Assembly (NCBI RefSeq): GCF_001194135.2
Contig: NC_068986.1
Coordinates: 81,485,468-81,549,467, forward strand
Reading direction: 5' to 3'
DNA length: 64,000 nt
Source: Octopus bimaculoides
Lineage: Eukaryota
The notes under the pieces were generated by a model. It was not told where the DNA came from and did not search any database. It was given only the letters and a program-made list of their open reading frames with translations. A program made the translations under genes and the position numbers. Position 1 is the first letter of the stretch. Each line of letters begins with the position of its first letter. This document shows, piece by piece, positions 1-11,596 of the stretch.

Positions 1-430
1 GGGTAGGTGATTAGTTTTCTGCCTGACCCCCAATCCTGAAGGACTGGGCCTTTTTATTGTGACATATTCCAGCACCTGGAGGACTAACAGATCTGGACCT
101 CCTGCTGGTGTTAAACCCCATAGCCTGGTGGTCATGGTGGAACCTTTGAGGTGGTTCCAGCTCACCCAACAGAGTCATCATTGGGCATATGGGATATTTA
201 GAGGGACACAGGTTCAACTTCTTGAGACCTACCTGTCCTGATGAACCTTTTGCCAAATGGTCCACAACTGCTTATTTGCTAAGTGGTCCTGTTATGGGTC
301 GCACCTGCTTATTTTGCAGCTACCCATATCCTTGTGGCCATCACACCATCTGCCATCTGGTGGACATGCTCACTGCAAGGCGGTCGCTCTGGCCCCACTT
401 CTTCATGGAACTTCCAGCATAGCAGGACGT
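1..430 (-). mobile_element. Degraded 3' part of an RTE-like LINE
   Basis: Minus-strand frames give EHVHQMADGVMATRIW and RPITGPLSK, resembling the GHVxRM...RPxGRP C-terminal motif of RTE ORFs, with stops and frameshifts. Confidence 0.4.
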
Positions 431-1845
431 GGGTTGTATACAATCAAAACACAGTAACTCTCTCAAAACACTAACAATGCTATAGTCACTCTACTTCTCT
501 ATATTCCTTCAAACTACATGATTGGTACCATCAAATACCACAACTATCACCTTCTCTACTGTACCATTACTATACTCCCTCAACATACACCAGCAGTATT
601 ATCAAACGATATTGATGTCATATCTTGAACAACAATGTTGTACCTTGAGCCAAAGAAGGAGCTTCAATATCAGTCAAGAGCAAACTACAGCCTGGTGGCT
701 GCATGTGGCCCACAGAGCTTTCTAAATGGCCAGCTTAATGAAAAATTATTGTGAATTCTTTTAGTAGTGTAGCCTGTATAGTGATAAGTTGTCTCAACCT
801 GCTTCTTGAAAAAGGTTGCTCATACTTGCTCTATGTGGTCACTCAACCTGCTAAAAATAGCAGTGAAATCATAAAAAGAATACTCCCTGTCGTCCTAAGA
901 AATAGCATATCATTTCTTTGAATTCTTTAAATGTTGTCCTAGGATAGTCAAAGTTAGAATGCTTATGAATGTATTTTGTTCTATGGGGGTTAGCCAGGGA
1001 CTAAACAGAAATACTATATTGCTGTACTTCTAAATAGCATCTATTAAACTTTATCTTATCCTAAAACTCTGTCTTACTCTATTCAACTTTACCATGGCTT
1101 TGTCAGCATCAACTAACATTACAATTTGGTTTGTTAATTTGACACTCCCTTTTCCCTTTTTTTTGTCTGTCATATGTCTGTTGTTTGGGACAACAAACAT
1201 ACAGTCCAGTCTAATTAAGTAAACAACATTGATCCATCTTAATATATTCTCTATTGAAAAAGTTCAGTTGAGAAATGAATTCTATTTTAATGATGTAGAA
1301 AACTTTTTCCTTTCATTTGGGGAAAAAGCCAAAATTTGATGAAACATGTTGAACTTTCTCCCTTCTCCTCACTTGTCTTGGTAGCCCTGCAAAGGATCAT
1401 GGAAGCTACACTTCCTTCTTTTACTTAAAAAATGCTGAAAATTAAAAATTGAAAAAATGTTGAATAAACAAATAAAACAACCAGTCTACTAACAGTTATG
1501 GTTTTAATTGCTTGAGGTCCTTATGAAAAATGTGTACTGTTGTATTCCTAATAGAAGTTGTTGGTTGGTTATGAAAATGCTACTGAAGAACAGGAATGAT
1601 TTTAAGTTTTAAAAAATTCTTTAAAAATGGATACTCTAAGGTGTGCTGTGAAGAGAAGAGATGTCTAACCTTTCAACCCTTCTTTGCACTTTATTGAAGA
1701 GACAAGTCAATATAGACCATCACTTCTTTCTATTCTAGTGATTATATCTTTTCAACAGTTTTACCTAACTCCCGAGTCTCCACATACACTGTTGAACAGA
1801 TTATATCATCATTATCATCATCATCACCCTCCAACCACCACCACT

Positions 1846-1900
1846 GACAGAGAAAGAGAGAGAGAGACAGACAGAGAGAGAGAGAGATAGACAGACAGAC

Positions 1901-1933
<33 letters not shown>

Positions 1934-1975
1934 GACAGAGAGAGAAACAGACAGACAGAGAGAGAGAGAGAGATG
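1846..1975. repeat. Compound (GA)n/(GACA)n microsatellite
   Basis: Directly visible. Confidence 0.95.
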
Positions 1976-2209
1976 ATAAACTGCAGATGATGGGAATACA
2001 ATCAGAGGTAGATATTCTGCAAAGGAGTAGGATGAGATAGTTGTGTCATGTACTGAAGACGGACATAAGTGGAAATAAGGTGTGATGGAAATGTATGTGG
2101 AAAGAAGTAGTAACAGAGGAAGTTAGATTAAATATTTGTATATGCATAAGTACTATGACTCCCATTCAACAAACTGGCCAACAATTTAGTATGTTATTTA
2201 CTGGATGAA

Positions 2210-2505
2210 GGCACGTGGCTTAGTGGCTAGGGCATTCGGCTCATGATCGTAAAGTTGTGTGTTCAATTCCTGGTGTTGCATTGTGTCCATGAGCAAGACA
2301 CCTAAGTTCATGTCAAAAATGAGTAGTACCTGTATTTCAAAAGGCCAGCCTTGTCACACTCTGTGTCACACTGAATCTCCCTGAGAACTACGTTAAGGGT
2401 ATACGTGTCTGTGGAGTGCTCAGCCACTTGCACGTTAATTTCACGAGCAGGCTATTCCGTTGATCGTATCACCTGGAACCTATGTTGTCGTAACTGACGG
2501 AGTGC
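2210..2505 (+). mobile_element. tRNA-derived SINE (head type H2)
   Basis: A-box-like GTGGCTTAGTGG and B-box-like GTTCAATTCC, followed by GCATTGTGTCCATGAGCAAGACAC. Related heads at 23971 (+) and 30046 (-); related 3' half at about 21860-22005. Confidence 0.7.
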
Positions 2506-3891
2506 TTCTCTCCTCTCAATTTACTGGGCAACAACAGGTAAGCAAGTCTAGTATATACACATTAAAGAAGTAAAAGTGAAGAATTATATTTATATACTAC
2601 TTTATTTACTTGCACATGTTCCAAATTACACAGTGAGCTGAATCTGTTGAGCCATTAATTGATTGATTAATCAACCAATTTATTTAACAGTTGTCTTCTC
2701 AGTCTTCCTTCTCAAAGCTTTAAAATTACACACACACACACACACACACATACACATAAATATGTATATAATCATTTACTTGAAAGACAAATAAGAATTA
2801 GCAACTAAAAGGGTATGTGGCTATAAAACAATACCCCACAAAATATATTTGCATAACCCATGCTAACATGAAAAAATAAAAAAAACAGATGTAAAAACAA
2901 ATGAATACATATATACCAATGATTATTGTGTAGACCTGTATAGCTATACAAATCAGTGTGATTAACTAAACCTTTTGTAGCTAGATCTAGCAGTTTTTTG
3001 GGGGGGAAACTAGCAGGTAAAGTAATATTTTTAAAAAGGTAAAAATGCTAATTAACACACACACACAAATATATATATATATATATANNNNNNNNNNNNN
3101 NNNNNNNNNNNNNNNNNNNNNNNNNNNNNNNNNNNNNNNNNNNNNNNNNNNNNNNNNNNNNNNNNNNNNNNNNNNNNNNNNNNNNNNNNNNNNNNNNNNN
3201 NNNNNNNNNNNNNNNNNNNNNNNNNNNNNNNNNNNNNNNNNNNNNNNNNNNNNNNNNNNNNNNNNNNNNNNNNNNNNNNNNNNNNNNNNNNNNNNNNNNN
3301 NNNNNNNNNNNNNNNNNNNNNNNNNNNNNNNNNNNNNNNNNNNNNNNNNNNNNNNNNNNNNNNNNNNNNNNNNNNNNNNNNNNNNNNNNNNNNNNNNNNN
3401 NNNNNNNNNNNNNNNNNNNNNNNNNNNNNNNNNNNNNNNNNNNNNNNNNNNNNNNNNNNNNNNNNNNNNNNNNNNNNNNNNNNNNNNNNNNNNNNNNNNN
3501 NNNNNNNNNNNNNNNNNNNNNNNNNNNNNNNNNNNNNNNNNNNNNNNNNNNNNNNNNNNNNNNNNNNNNNNNNNNNNNNNNNNNNNNNNNNNNNNNNNNN
3601 NNNNNNNNNNNNNNNNNNNNNNNNNNNNNNNNNNNNNNNNNNNNNNNNNNNNNNNNNNNNNNNNNNNNNNNNNNNNNNNNNNNNNNNNNNNNNNNNNNNN
3701 NNNNNNNNNNNNNNNNNNNNNNNNNNNNNNNNNNNNNNNNNNNNNNNNNNNNNNNNNNNNNNNNNNNNNNNNNNNNNNNNNNNNNNNNNNNNNNNNNNNN
3801 NNNNNNNNNNNNNNNNNNNNNNNNNNNNNNNNNNNNNNNNNNNNNNNNNNNNNNNNNNNNNNNNNNNNNNNNNNNNNNNNATATATGCATG

Positions 3892-3940
<49 letters not shown>

Positions 3941-4029
3941 CATCATCATCATCATTTAACATCCGTTGTCCATGCTATCATAGGTTGGGCAGTTTGACCA
4001 GGGCTGGTAAAATGAGGGGCTGCACCAAT
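3941..4029 (-). mobile_element. 3' tail fragment of RTE-type retroposon
   Basis: Reverse complement of ...AACCxATGxxAGCATGGAxAACGGATGTTAAATGATGATG, the same end as the RT-bearing copies at 8721 and 60309. Confidence 0.75.
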
Positions 4030-4372
4030 ATATATATACACATATACCCATACACACTAGATTTTGTACCTGGTGTTGCCTAATAAATACTGCACTGAAT
4101 TGTTTGCCAATTTTTGGGACAGGAACCGTAGTACTTATGCATATATATATATACATATTTAATGTAACTTCTGGATTTCTTTAATTGCGACTATTCTAAT
4201 AATAGTAATCTGTTAAATGCAAGAAGAAAATTGTAAATATGAATGCATTGTCTGAATTGATATTGATAATGCTTTCTGTATTAAAGAAGAAAGACAAAAG
4301 GTGTTCTTAGTTGTTTAAAGGAGATAATTTTTTATGCCGTTTCTGGTAGGCCTGCCTTTCTTGAAGAATTCT

Positions 4373-4692
4373 TTAATTTTCATTCCTTATTCCCTGTCTT
4401 AAAGCTACATACAGCTGGCCATGCCAGAATACTGAATTCTTGAGATGGATTAAGACATTTTGCATGGCTTGTCCTTTTTCTTTGTGTATAGTCATGGCAA
4501 AATATGACTGTATTGGGAATTTGGTCTGCTGAAAAGTTACACGTTCACCTTCTGATGTATTGAGCTTAATTCTAGGAATCATGACAATGTCTTTTTGAAT
4601 GCACCAACATTGATCTTTGTTATTAGATTCTTGTGCAATTGTTCTATGATCATCTATGTTCCATTACAAGGCCTTGGAGGATCTAATTTTCT
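4373..4692 (-). mobile_element. Helitron PIF1-type helicase C-terminal remnant (degraded)
   Basis: Minus strand reads KLDPPRPCNGT*MIIEQLHKNLI..(frameshift)..MIPRIKL..FPIQSYFAMTIHKEKGQ..VF.HGQLYVAL. This matches the RepHel helicase motifs NLDPPxLCNGTRL / IPRI / FPxxxxFAMTINKSQGQ / VFSHGQLYVALSR. Confidence 0.85.
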
Positions 4693-6084
4693 GCTATTTG
4701 TTCTTTGTTTCACATCCTGGACACATGCATTCCCATTCTCTTCAATCATTCCTTCTTTATTTCCTGACTCTGTTATCCTGGAGTCATGCAGCTGTCATCT
4801 CAGATGTTTGCTAGTATCTCCTTGCCATTGTCACTTCCATACACTGTTTGGCATCATCTCTTGACCAGGATGAGGCCCTTCTCTTTCCATGTGTTACAAC
4901 CGATCAGTATGTATTTGTATATGTAATAATGTATTAGGAAAGTCAAAAGAATAAATTACACAAAATTATGTATCTGTGTGTGTGTTGTGTGAAAGTTTTG
5001 AAATAATATTCCTTTCAAATTTAATTAATAGTGATATTTGATAACTCATGGCAGAAAGTATTGGAACTATTGGCATCTGGCAAATGAGAGTGAGTAGTGA
5101 GAATAAGATTTAAGCTTCAACCACATTGATGCTTACCAGTTGTTGGCTACTCTCATTACATGACATAATTTTTCAGTGAACTGTTTTGTAAATGCAGTTG
5201 TAAGCTTCTAATTTTTCTTCAACAGTATCTGTTTAAAGTTTGTTTCATTCTGCTTTGCCCTTCTTGATAATGAATAAAGAAACTATGGAAAAATATCAAT
5301 GTATCAGTATGCAGTACTCTAAAACACTGCGAATTTTGTAGATGCAACATCATAACAAAATATTCTGTTCATAACATATTGCCAAACATAAAAGCAAAAG
5401 GCAGCAGTTTAAGAAAATATGATGAAAATTTTATATTTGAAGCTTACTTATCTGTGTATATTTGCTACCATCCTTCATTTAACACCTGTGATCATTTAAC
5501 ACCTGTGATCATTTAACAGAAGTGTGCAAAAATAAAATATCTAATAGTGAAACTGCATCCAATGTGATATTGCATAATACCAAATGTGCAATATTGTAAA
5601 GATTGTACTTGCAACACACTTTGAAAATTTGATGTAAGAACTGGGGAATTTAGTTTTCTGTTAAACGAATCCAATGATCTTTTTATTTTTACATTCTGAG
5701 AATGGTTACAATATTCAAAAACATTGCATATACAGATCTTGATTTGAATCCTCTAAATTTCCTAGTTTTTAGAATAAGAGTGCCACTTTCTTGTGTACTG
5801 TAAATAGACAATATCTGGGACACCGCCACAGAAAGTCTGAACCAACATATGCCACTTGGAAAAACAGATGTAAAGATGATAATGATGATGAGGATGACAA
5901 TGTTGATGTGATGCAAGTTAAATTCTGGATGTTTTGAATAAAAAAAGTAGATAAAGGAAACTAAATATTAAAAGTTTATTTGCTATTAAAATTGATACTG
6001 CTAGTGTCCTGGTAAGGGTTAACAAATGGCTTCTATCAATTATTAAAAGCAGTTCCATTCTTACTTCTATTTAGATGTCTCTCG

Positions 6085-6470
6085 TCATCATCATCATCAT
6101 CATCATTTAATGTGTGGTTTCCATGCTGGCATAGGTTGGATAGTTTGATTGAAAACTGGTAAGCTGAGGAGCTGCACCAGGTTCCAATCTGATTTGACAT
6201 GGTTTCTACAGCTGGATGCCCTTCCTAATGCCAACTACTCCAAGAGAGTGGTGGGTGCTTTTTACATGCTATCAGTATGGATGCCAGTTGCAAAACACCA
6301 GTTTCAGTCATAACTATGATCCCACTTGGCTTAACAGGTCTTCTCGAGCATGGTGTATTGCTAAAGGTCTTGTCACTTGTCACTGCCTCTGGGAGACCCA
6401 AAGTCAGAAGGGTGCTTTTTACATGCCAGTTACAGGACACTGGCATCAGCCACAACTTTAATGTCTCTTC
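6085..6470 (-). mobile_element. RTE LINE 3' region with (GAT)n tail
   Basis: (CAT)n tail plus the 3' UTR shared with 8721-9261, 46532-46740 and 53690-53902. Confidence 0.75.
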
Positions 6471-6795
6471 ACAATTGACAGTGTCTCCTAAACATCTCCC
6501 TAAAAATATAGAAAATTTTTTTCTCATTCTTCAACGAAACATCTTATAAACAATTGTACCTTGCAATTAATGATAAAGAACTATTGAAGATTTTAAGTAA
6601 TTATGCAATTAGATGGTTGTCAACTGAAGCTTCTATGAGTAGAAGTTTAAATCAGTGGCTTCACTTACAAACTCACTTTAAACTTATGACTACATAAGAA
6701 CAAATGTTTTATTGGTTAGCTGTTAAATGAAGCATGCTATGATTATAAGAATATGCTTTGTTTTCGCATTTTTACAGCCAGTATTAAATAATGCT

Positions 6796-6994
6796 TACTC
6801 TTTACTCTTTTTACTTGTTTCAGTCATTTGACTGTGGCCATGCTGGAGCACCGCCTTTAGTTGAGCTAATCGACTCCCAGGACTTATTCTTTGTAAGCCT
6901 AGTACTTATTCTATCGGTCTCTTTTTGCTGAACTGCTAAGTTACGGGGACGTAAACACACCAGCATTGGTTGTCAAGCAATGCTAGGGGGACAA

Positions 6995-7043
<49 letters not shown>

Positions 7044-7207
7044 CAACGGGCTTCTTTCAGTTTCCGTCTACCAAATCCACTCACAAGGCTTTGGTCGGCC
7101 CAAGGCTATAGTAGAAGACACTTGCCCAAGGTGCCATGCAGTGGGACTGAACCCGGAACCATGTGGTTGGTAAGCAAGCTACTTACCACACAGCCACTCC
7201 TGCGCCT
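6796..7207 (-). mobile_element. Near full-length SINE type A (tRNA head H1, internal microsatellite, tail T1)
   Basis: High similarity to copies at 25294, 36263 and 48541. Head GGAGTGGCTGTGTGGTAAG..GGTTCAGTCCC, internal (TA)n/(TG)n, tail ending in GTAAAAGA repeats. The CACCTTGGGCAAGTG segment resembles the start of a CORE-type domain. Confidence 0.9.
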
Positions 7208-7507
7208 ATAAAATTTCTGTAAAATTTTTCAATCAAATGCAACTAAATTATTTACAGATCTTTCCCTTTTGATTAAGTCTATTGCAAATATCTAAGTGTT
7301 GTCAACAAAGTAGATCTTGATTTATTCTGCTTGAATTTTTGGCTCCTAACCCTAATCTCAGCTAAAGGGTTGAGAGAAAAACAACAGATGCTCATGGAGA
7401 TAACAACTGAAGAAAAAATATTACAAAAGAGATCTTAAAGGAAGACAGAGAAAAGGAAGACAGAGAAAAAAAATTGCCAACTGTCCATATGTGGTTACAT
7501 TTTAGAA

Positions 7508-7557
<50 letters not shown>

Positions 7558-7566
7558 ATGTATGTA

Positions 7567-7662
7567 TCATCACCATCATCATCGTTTAACGTCCATTTTC
7601 CATGCTAGCATGGGTTGGACGATTTGACTGAGGACTGGTGAACCAGATGGCTACACCAGGCT
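7567..7662 (-). mobile_element. 3' tail fragment of RTE-type retroposon
   Basis: CATCATCGTTTAACGTCCATTTTCCATGCTAGCATGGGTTGG, the same family end as above. Confidence 0.8.
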
Positions 7663-8106
7663 ATATAAAGAAAAAAGAGGTAGTTAGAATTTTGGATAAT
7701 TATCTAATAGGAAATTCATTACATGTCTATTTAACATGTAAAATGTAATTCCAATTAGCAAATGAAACACATGAAAAGGTGAATAAATGTTACCGAAAAA
7801 ATTTCCAATTTCTTGCTTTGGTATACAATAACTCTGCAAACAGTATTTCCATAATTTTCAATTTTAATATGTATTTTGAACTAGCATACAGCAGTAACTG
7901 AGACTACATATTGGATTGTAATAATGGAATAAGCATATGTGCTTCAAGAGGAAACAGCTGGTATTTGCCTTAATTACCTACACTATATATATATATATAT
8001 NNNNNNNNNNGGGTTAATAGAAACCAGGGTAGTAAAGATCACAAAATAACTGTGGTGTAATTCCTGTTTTTGAGGCAGAAACTCCTTGATATTTTGGGTA
8101 TTTGAG

Positions 8107-8321
8107 TATATATAAATTTAAGGAATGGAGTGAACGCATGTTATAACTGCATACTTTATTCCGACCCTAACCCTAACCCATACATTTCCCTGAGGAGAAG
8201 TTTACATTTTTAACATCGACGATTCCTATGGATCGCATAAATTGTAATTCTTCGAAACATATGTCGGAATAAAGTATGCAGTTATAACATGCGTTCACTC
8301 CATTCCTTAAATTTATATATA
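8107..8321. mobile_element. MITE-like element with perfect 59-bp terminal inverted repeats, in TA context
   Basis: 8107-8165 is the exact reverse complement of 8263-8321 (the count includes the terminal TA run). The 97-nt spacer starts with CCCTAA repeats. Confidence 0.75.
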
Positions 8322-8720
8322 TATATATATATATGTACAAGTATATACATTCATCCATCCATTCATGCATACATACATATATAAATGTATGTATGTATAA
8401 TTGTATATAGTAGAATTATAAATAGAAAGTCCTTGGTACAGTATTATATATTTGAAAAAAGAAATTACTAAGAATGATTTTTACTGATAATTTTTTTCCA
8501 GTTGGTAATTAGATGTTTACTACTCATTAGATGTTTACAAATTGTAAACATCTAATGATTTGCAAACATCTAATTATTAAAGGGGAAAAAATTATCAGAA
8601 AAGTAATTCCTATTCATTTTCATATATCTATCTATCTATCTGTCTCTCTGTCTGTCTGTCTGTCTGTATATATATATATATATATATATCTTTATCTATC
8701 TATCTATATCTATATATATC

Positions 8721-9261
8721 TGTGCAATGTCAGTGTGCATGTATGACAGAGCGTAAGCATCTTGAGAGAAAAATTGGGCATGAGGCATCAGATGTGGTCT
8801 GTAAGAGAGACGATTGCACTGGTATGGCCATGCGATGCATATGGACGAGGACATACAGAAGTGCCAATCTCTAACTGTGGAGGGAACCCGTGGAAGAAGT
8901 AGATCCAAGAAGATAAGGGGCAAAGTGGTGAAGTATGATCCTTGAATGTTGGGTTTCATGGAGGCAATGACAAGTGGTCAGGACCTTTGGCGATTTGCTC
9001 TGCTCGAGAAGACTTGTCAAGCCAAGTGAAATAATAGTCATGGCCGGTGCTGGTGACATGCTAAAGCACCCATGTTGGTGACACATAAAAGGCACCCATT
9101 ACACTCTTGGAGTGATTGGCATTAGGAAGAGCATCCAGCTGTAGAAACTATGCCAAATCAGACTGGAGCCTGGTACAGCTCTCCGGCTTACTAGTTCCAG
9201 TCAAACTGTTTAACCCATGCCAGCATGGAAAATAGTCACTAAATGATGAAGCTGATGATGA
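8721..9261 (+). mobile_element. 5'-truncated RTE LINE (ORF C-terminus, 3' UTR and GAT tail)
   Basis: Degraded RRLHWYGHAMHM..TVEGTRGRSRSKK..DLWRFALLEKTCQAK* homologous to 60850-61111, then 3' UTR and tail. Confidence 0.85.
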
Positions 9262-10599
9262 CACATGGATGAAAAAGCACAAATGAAGCAAGAAAAAAAA
9301 ACTGGATATAAAGGGAACTGCATTTAGTGTCCTACAGAAAACTACACTGGTACAGGCTCGTGAACTTAAAAATATCAACTCAGGTCCTCTTTGTTATGCT
9401 GGAAACATGACAACCTTTTGGTACTGGTGAACAGACAGATACAACATAGGATAGTGTGGACCAGCTGTTGATGAACAGAAAACATTTTACATTAGAAAAA
9501 TTATTCTGCTTTTGAAATCAATGAATTTGAATAATAATGTTATAGCAATAGCTGAATTATAACAGTTTTCATAGCACCTTGGGTGCCTTTAGCAAACTTC
9601 AGTCTGGGCCAGGTCTCAGTATGGGAATAACTTCTTTACTCCTGCCAATATTAGAGGTCCTGTAAAGATGTCGTGAGTCCTGGCTTTCCTACTAACTAAA
9701 TAAAAAAATAAAAAATAAAAAACACAGCTAATACTGAAAAATTACGTGCAGAAATCCTTTATTACAAACATGCTACTGGAGGAAATCTTTTCAGAGATCT
9801 TGCAGTATTTTAATCTCTTCTTAACATTACTTTCCTCAAATGCTGAGTGGCAGAAAAGTTATTCAGTAGTAGCTAAGTTATCAACTCAAAATTAGTATGA
9901 AGCTAACTACCAGTACAAAGGAGTTGTTCTGTAAAATATAGCCCGAAACAATACGATAAGGGCTGCAAAGTAATGCTAAAGAAGATTGAAACAATGTGCA
10001 CATATCAGAAATAACGTAAAATACTTGTCAGTTGTATATTTATATATTGGCAAAAACTTAATTTCTACGTGTTCTTTTTAAATGAGGTAATTCGCATTAT
10101 TTTTTCTTAGACATCTTTAGCATTTTTGTTTTTGTAGAAATCTTAAACTGGAATTCTCATTGGTAATACTTGCAGCGAATTTGAAACAAATTTTATTTTC
10201 GTTATGGAAATTATTAAAAAATTAGGATAACAAAAGCGATCTCAATTTAGTTGTCACATACGTGTACTAATTATGAAGGAAATAAGCATCACCGATTAGC
10301 AATAATACTGGAAAGTTTATTGCAATATTTAGTTAGAATCACTCGAAACTGAGAGCAAAAAAAACTCTTTGACAGGAAAACTGGTTCGAGTTTAGAAAGA
10401 TTAGAACAATTGTTTACTCTCCGGTTGGCCCTAATCGAGGCATTCTAGTTATCTTTTATTTCTGACATTATACCCTTGACAACATTATTCAGTGTTGATT
10501 CTTTTTTTATAGATGGTAGGGTGTGGTCTAAGGGATACTTGGTTACTATTCATAGGTCAAGCGCCCCATGAAAAACGTTTCACAGTAGCAAAGATGTGC

Positions 10600-11431
10600 C
10601 TAGAATATTGCTTGGCAGTGGTGGTAGTTATACTGTATATATTCTTCATTTGATGAAGACTGACGTCAGTTTTTTTTTCATTCGGGCTCAGATAATGGAA
10701 CTGATTTCAAAGTAATATTGATACTTGAGCATTTTTTCTTTCTTTCTTTTTTTTTTTTCGTTTTATAATAGCTGTTCCTCGAAGACCCATGCCTCATAGG
10801 AAAGGAAAAGGGTATGGAATCGGGGGCCAGAAATATAAAAAAATGAAATTTTTGGAAATTTTCAGTTTTCTTTTAAAAAAATTCTAATTTCGGTTTTATG
10901 AAACATAGGGTCACTAAAAAAAAAAAAGGAGAGGTAAAAGACCTTTTTTTTTTTCCCTCGAGGTAAGGGATTTCGAAGAACAACTATGCCAAAACTCAAT
11001 TCTTTTTTTTTTCACTCTCACGGAGGAATGGAAGGCACTGTCAATGACTTTAAAATTTAAATGAAGAGGCTATACAATAAATACATAGGCATATAATCGC
11101 TTCGATTATAAGTAGCAGGAGAAAATACGAAGTTTTGTTGCTTGCAAGTTAACAACTTGATATGCAGCTGCAACTAGTGGAATTTGAACGCCCGCACCTT
11201 CTGTGTGTGAGAGTGTGTGTGTGTGTGTGTGAAAGAGAGAGAGAGATAGTGAGTTAAAGAGCGATGTAAACACAGCGTGTCTCTGCGAAAGTAACGCCTG
11301 AACAAATTGTGCCCATAACTTGCTAACAACGAATTGCTGGTTGGTTGGTTGTGACGAACCGTTTTTAAAGCAAGCCAACCAGAGGCAAGATTATATGTAT
11401 AGCTTGGTGAAATCACATATGGTGTGCCAAG
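10600..11431 (+). promoter_or_regulatory. Putative promoter/5' UTR region of PKA-RI
   Basis: Immediately upstream of the ATG, with visibly more CpG than the distal intron, a CRE, a (GT)n(GA)n tract at about 11203-11247 and a half-CRE TGACG at 11352. TSS not determinable. Confidence 0.6.
10659..10670. promoter_or_regulatory. Full palindromic cAMP response element (TGACGTCA at 10661-10668) within a 12-bp palindrome ACTGACGTCAGT
   Basis: Exact CREB/ATF consensus about 760 bp upstream of the PKA-RI ATG. Function is not shown. Confidence 0.55.
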
Positions 11432-11596
11432 ATGGCGGCCAGTGCAGACGATGAACAGAGTCTCCGTGAGTGTGAAGTCTATGTACAACGACACAACATA
11501 CAGCAAATTCTCAAGGATTGCATTGTACAGTTGTGTATCAGTCGGCCTGATAATCCAGTACCGTTTCTAAGGGATTATTTTGAAAAGTTAGAGAAG
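11432..11596 (+). CDS. PRKAR1A: First coding exon of cAMP-dependent protein kinase type I regulatory subunit (dimerization/docking domain), 55 codons
   Basis: Translates to [55 protein letters not shown], matching the RI D/D domain (vertebrate [46 protein letters not shown]), including both Cys. Strong start context ccaagATGg. Ends at a phase-0 donor AAG|GTAAGT at the same ..LEK position as the vertebrate exon junction. An invertebrate gene would be co-orthologous to PRKAR1A and PRKAR1B. Confidence 0.95.

Noticed and set aside
2987-3962. Long ORFs spanning N-gaps (also at 33.1-33.7, 36.2-36.9 and 59.3-60.5 kb)
   Set aside because: Artefacts of N runs and (TA)n/(CA)n translation.
5476-5518. 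17-bp unit CATTTAACACCTGTGAT repeated 2.5 times
   Set aside because: Ordinary local slippage duplication.
10834-10968. TATAAAA plus donor GAG|GTAAGG as an upstream non-coding exon
   Set aside because: Plausible, but both motifs are common in AT-rich DNA and no convincing acceptor lies before the ATG exon; not supportable without transcripts.
11550-11580. Exon-internal GATAATCC/GGATTATT stem as an editing substrate
   Set aside because: Only 8 bp with a 15-nt loop; within chance expectation.
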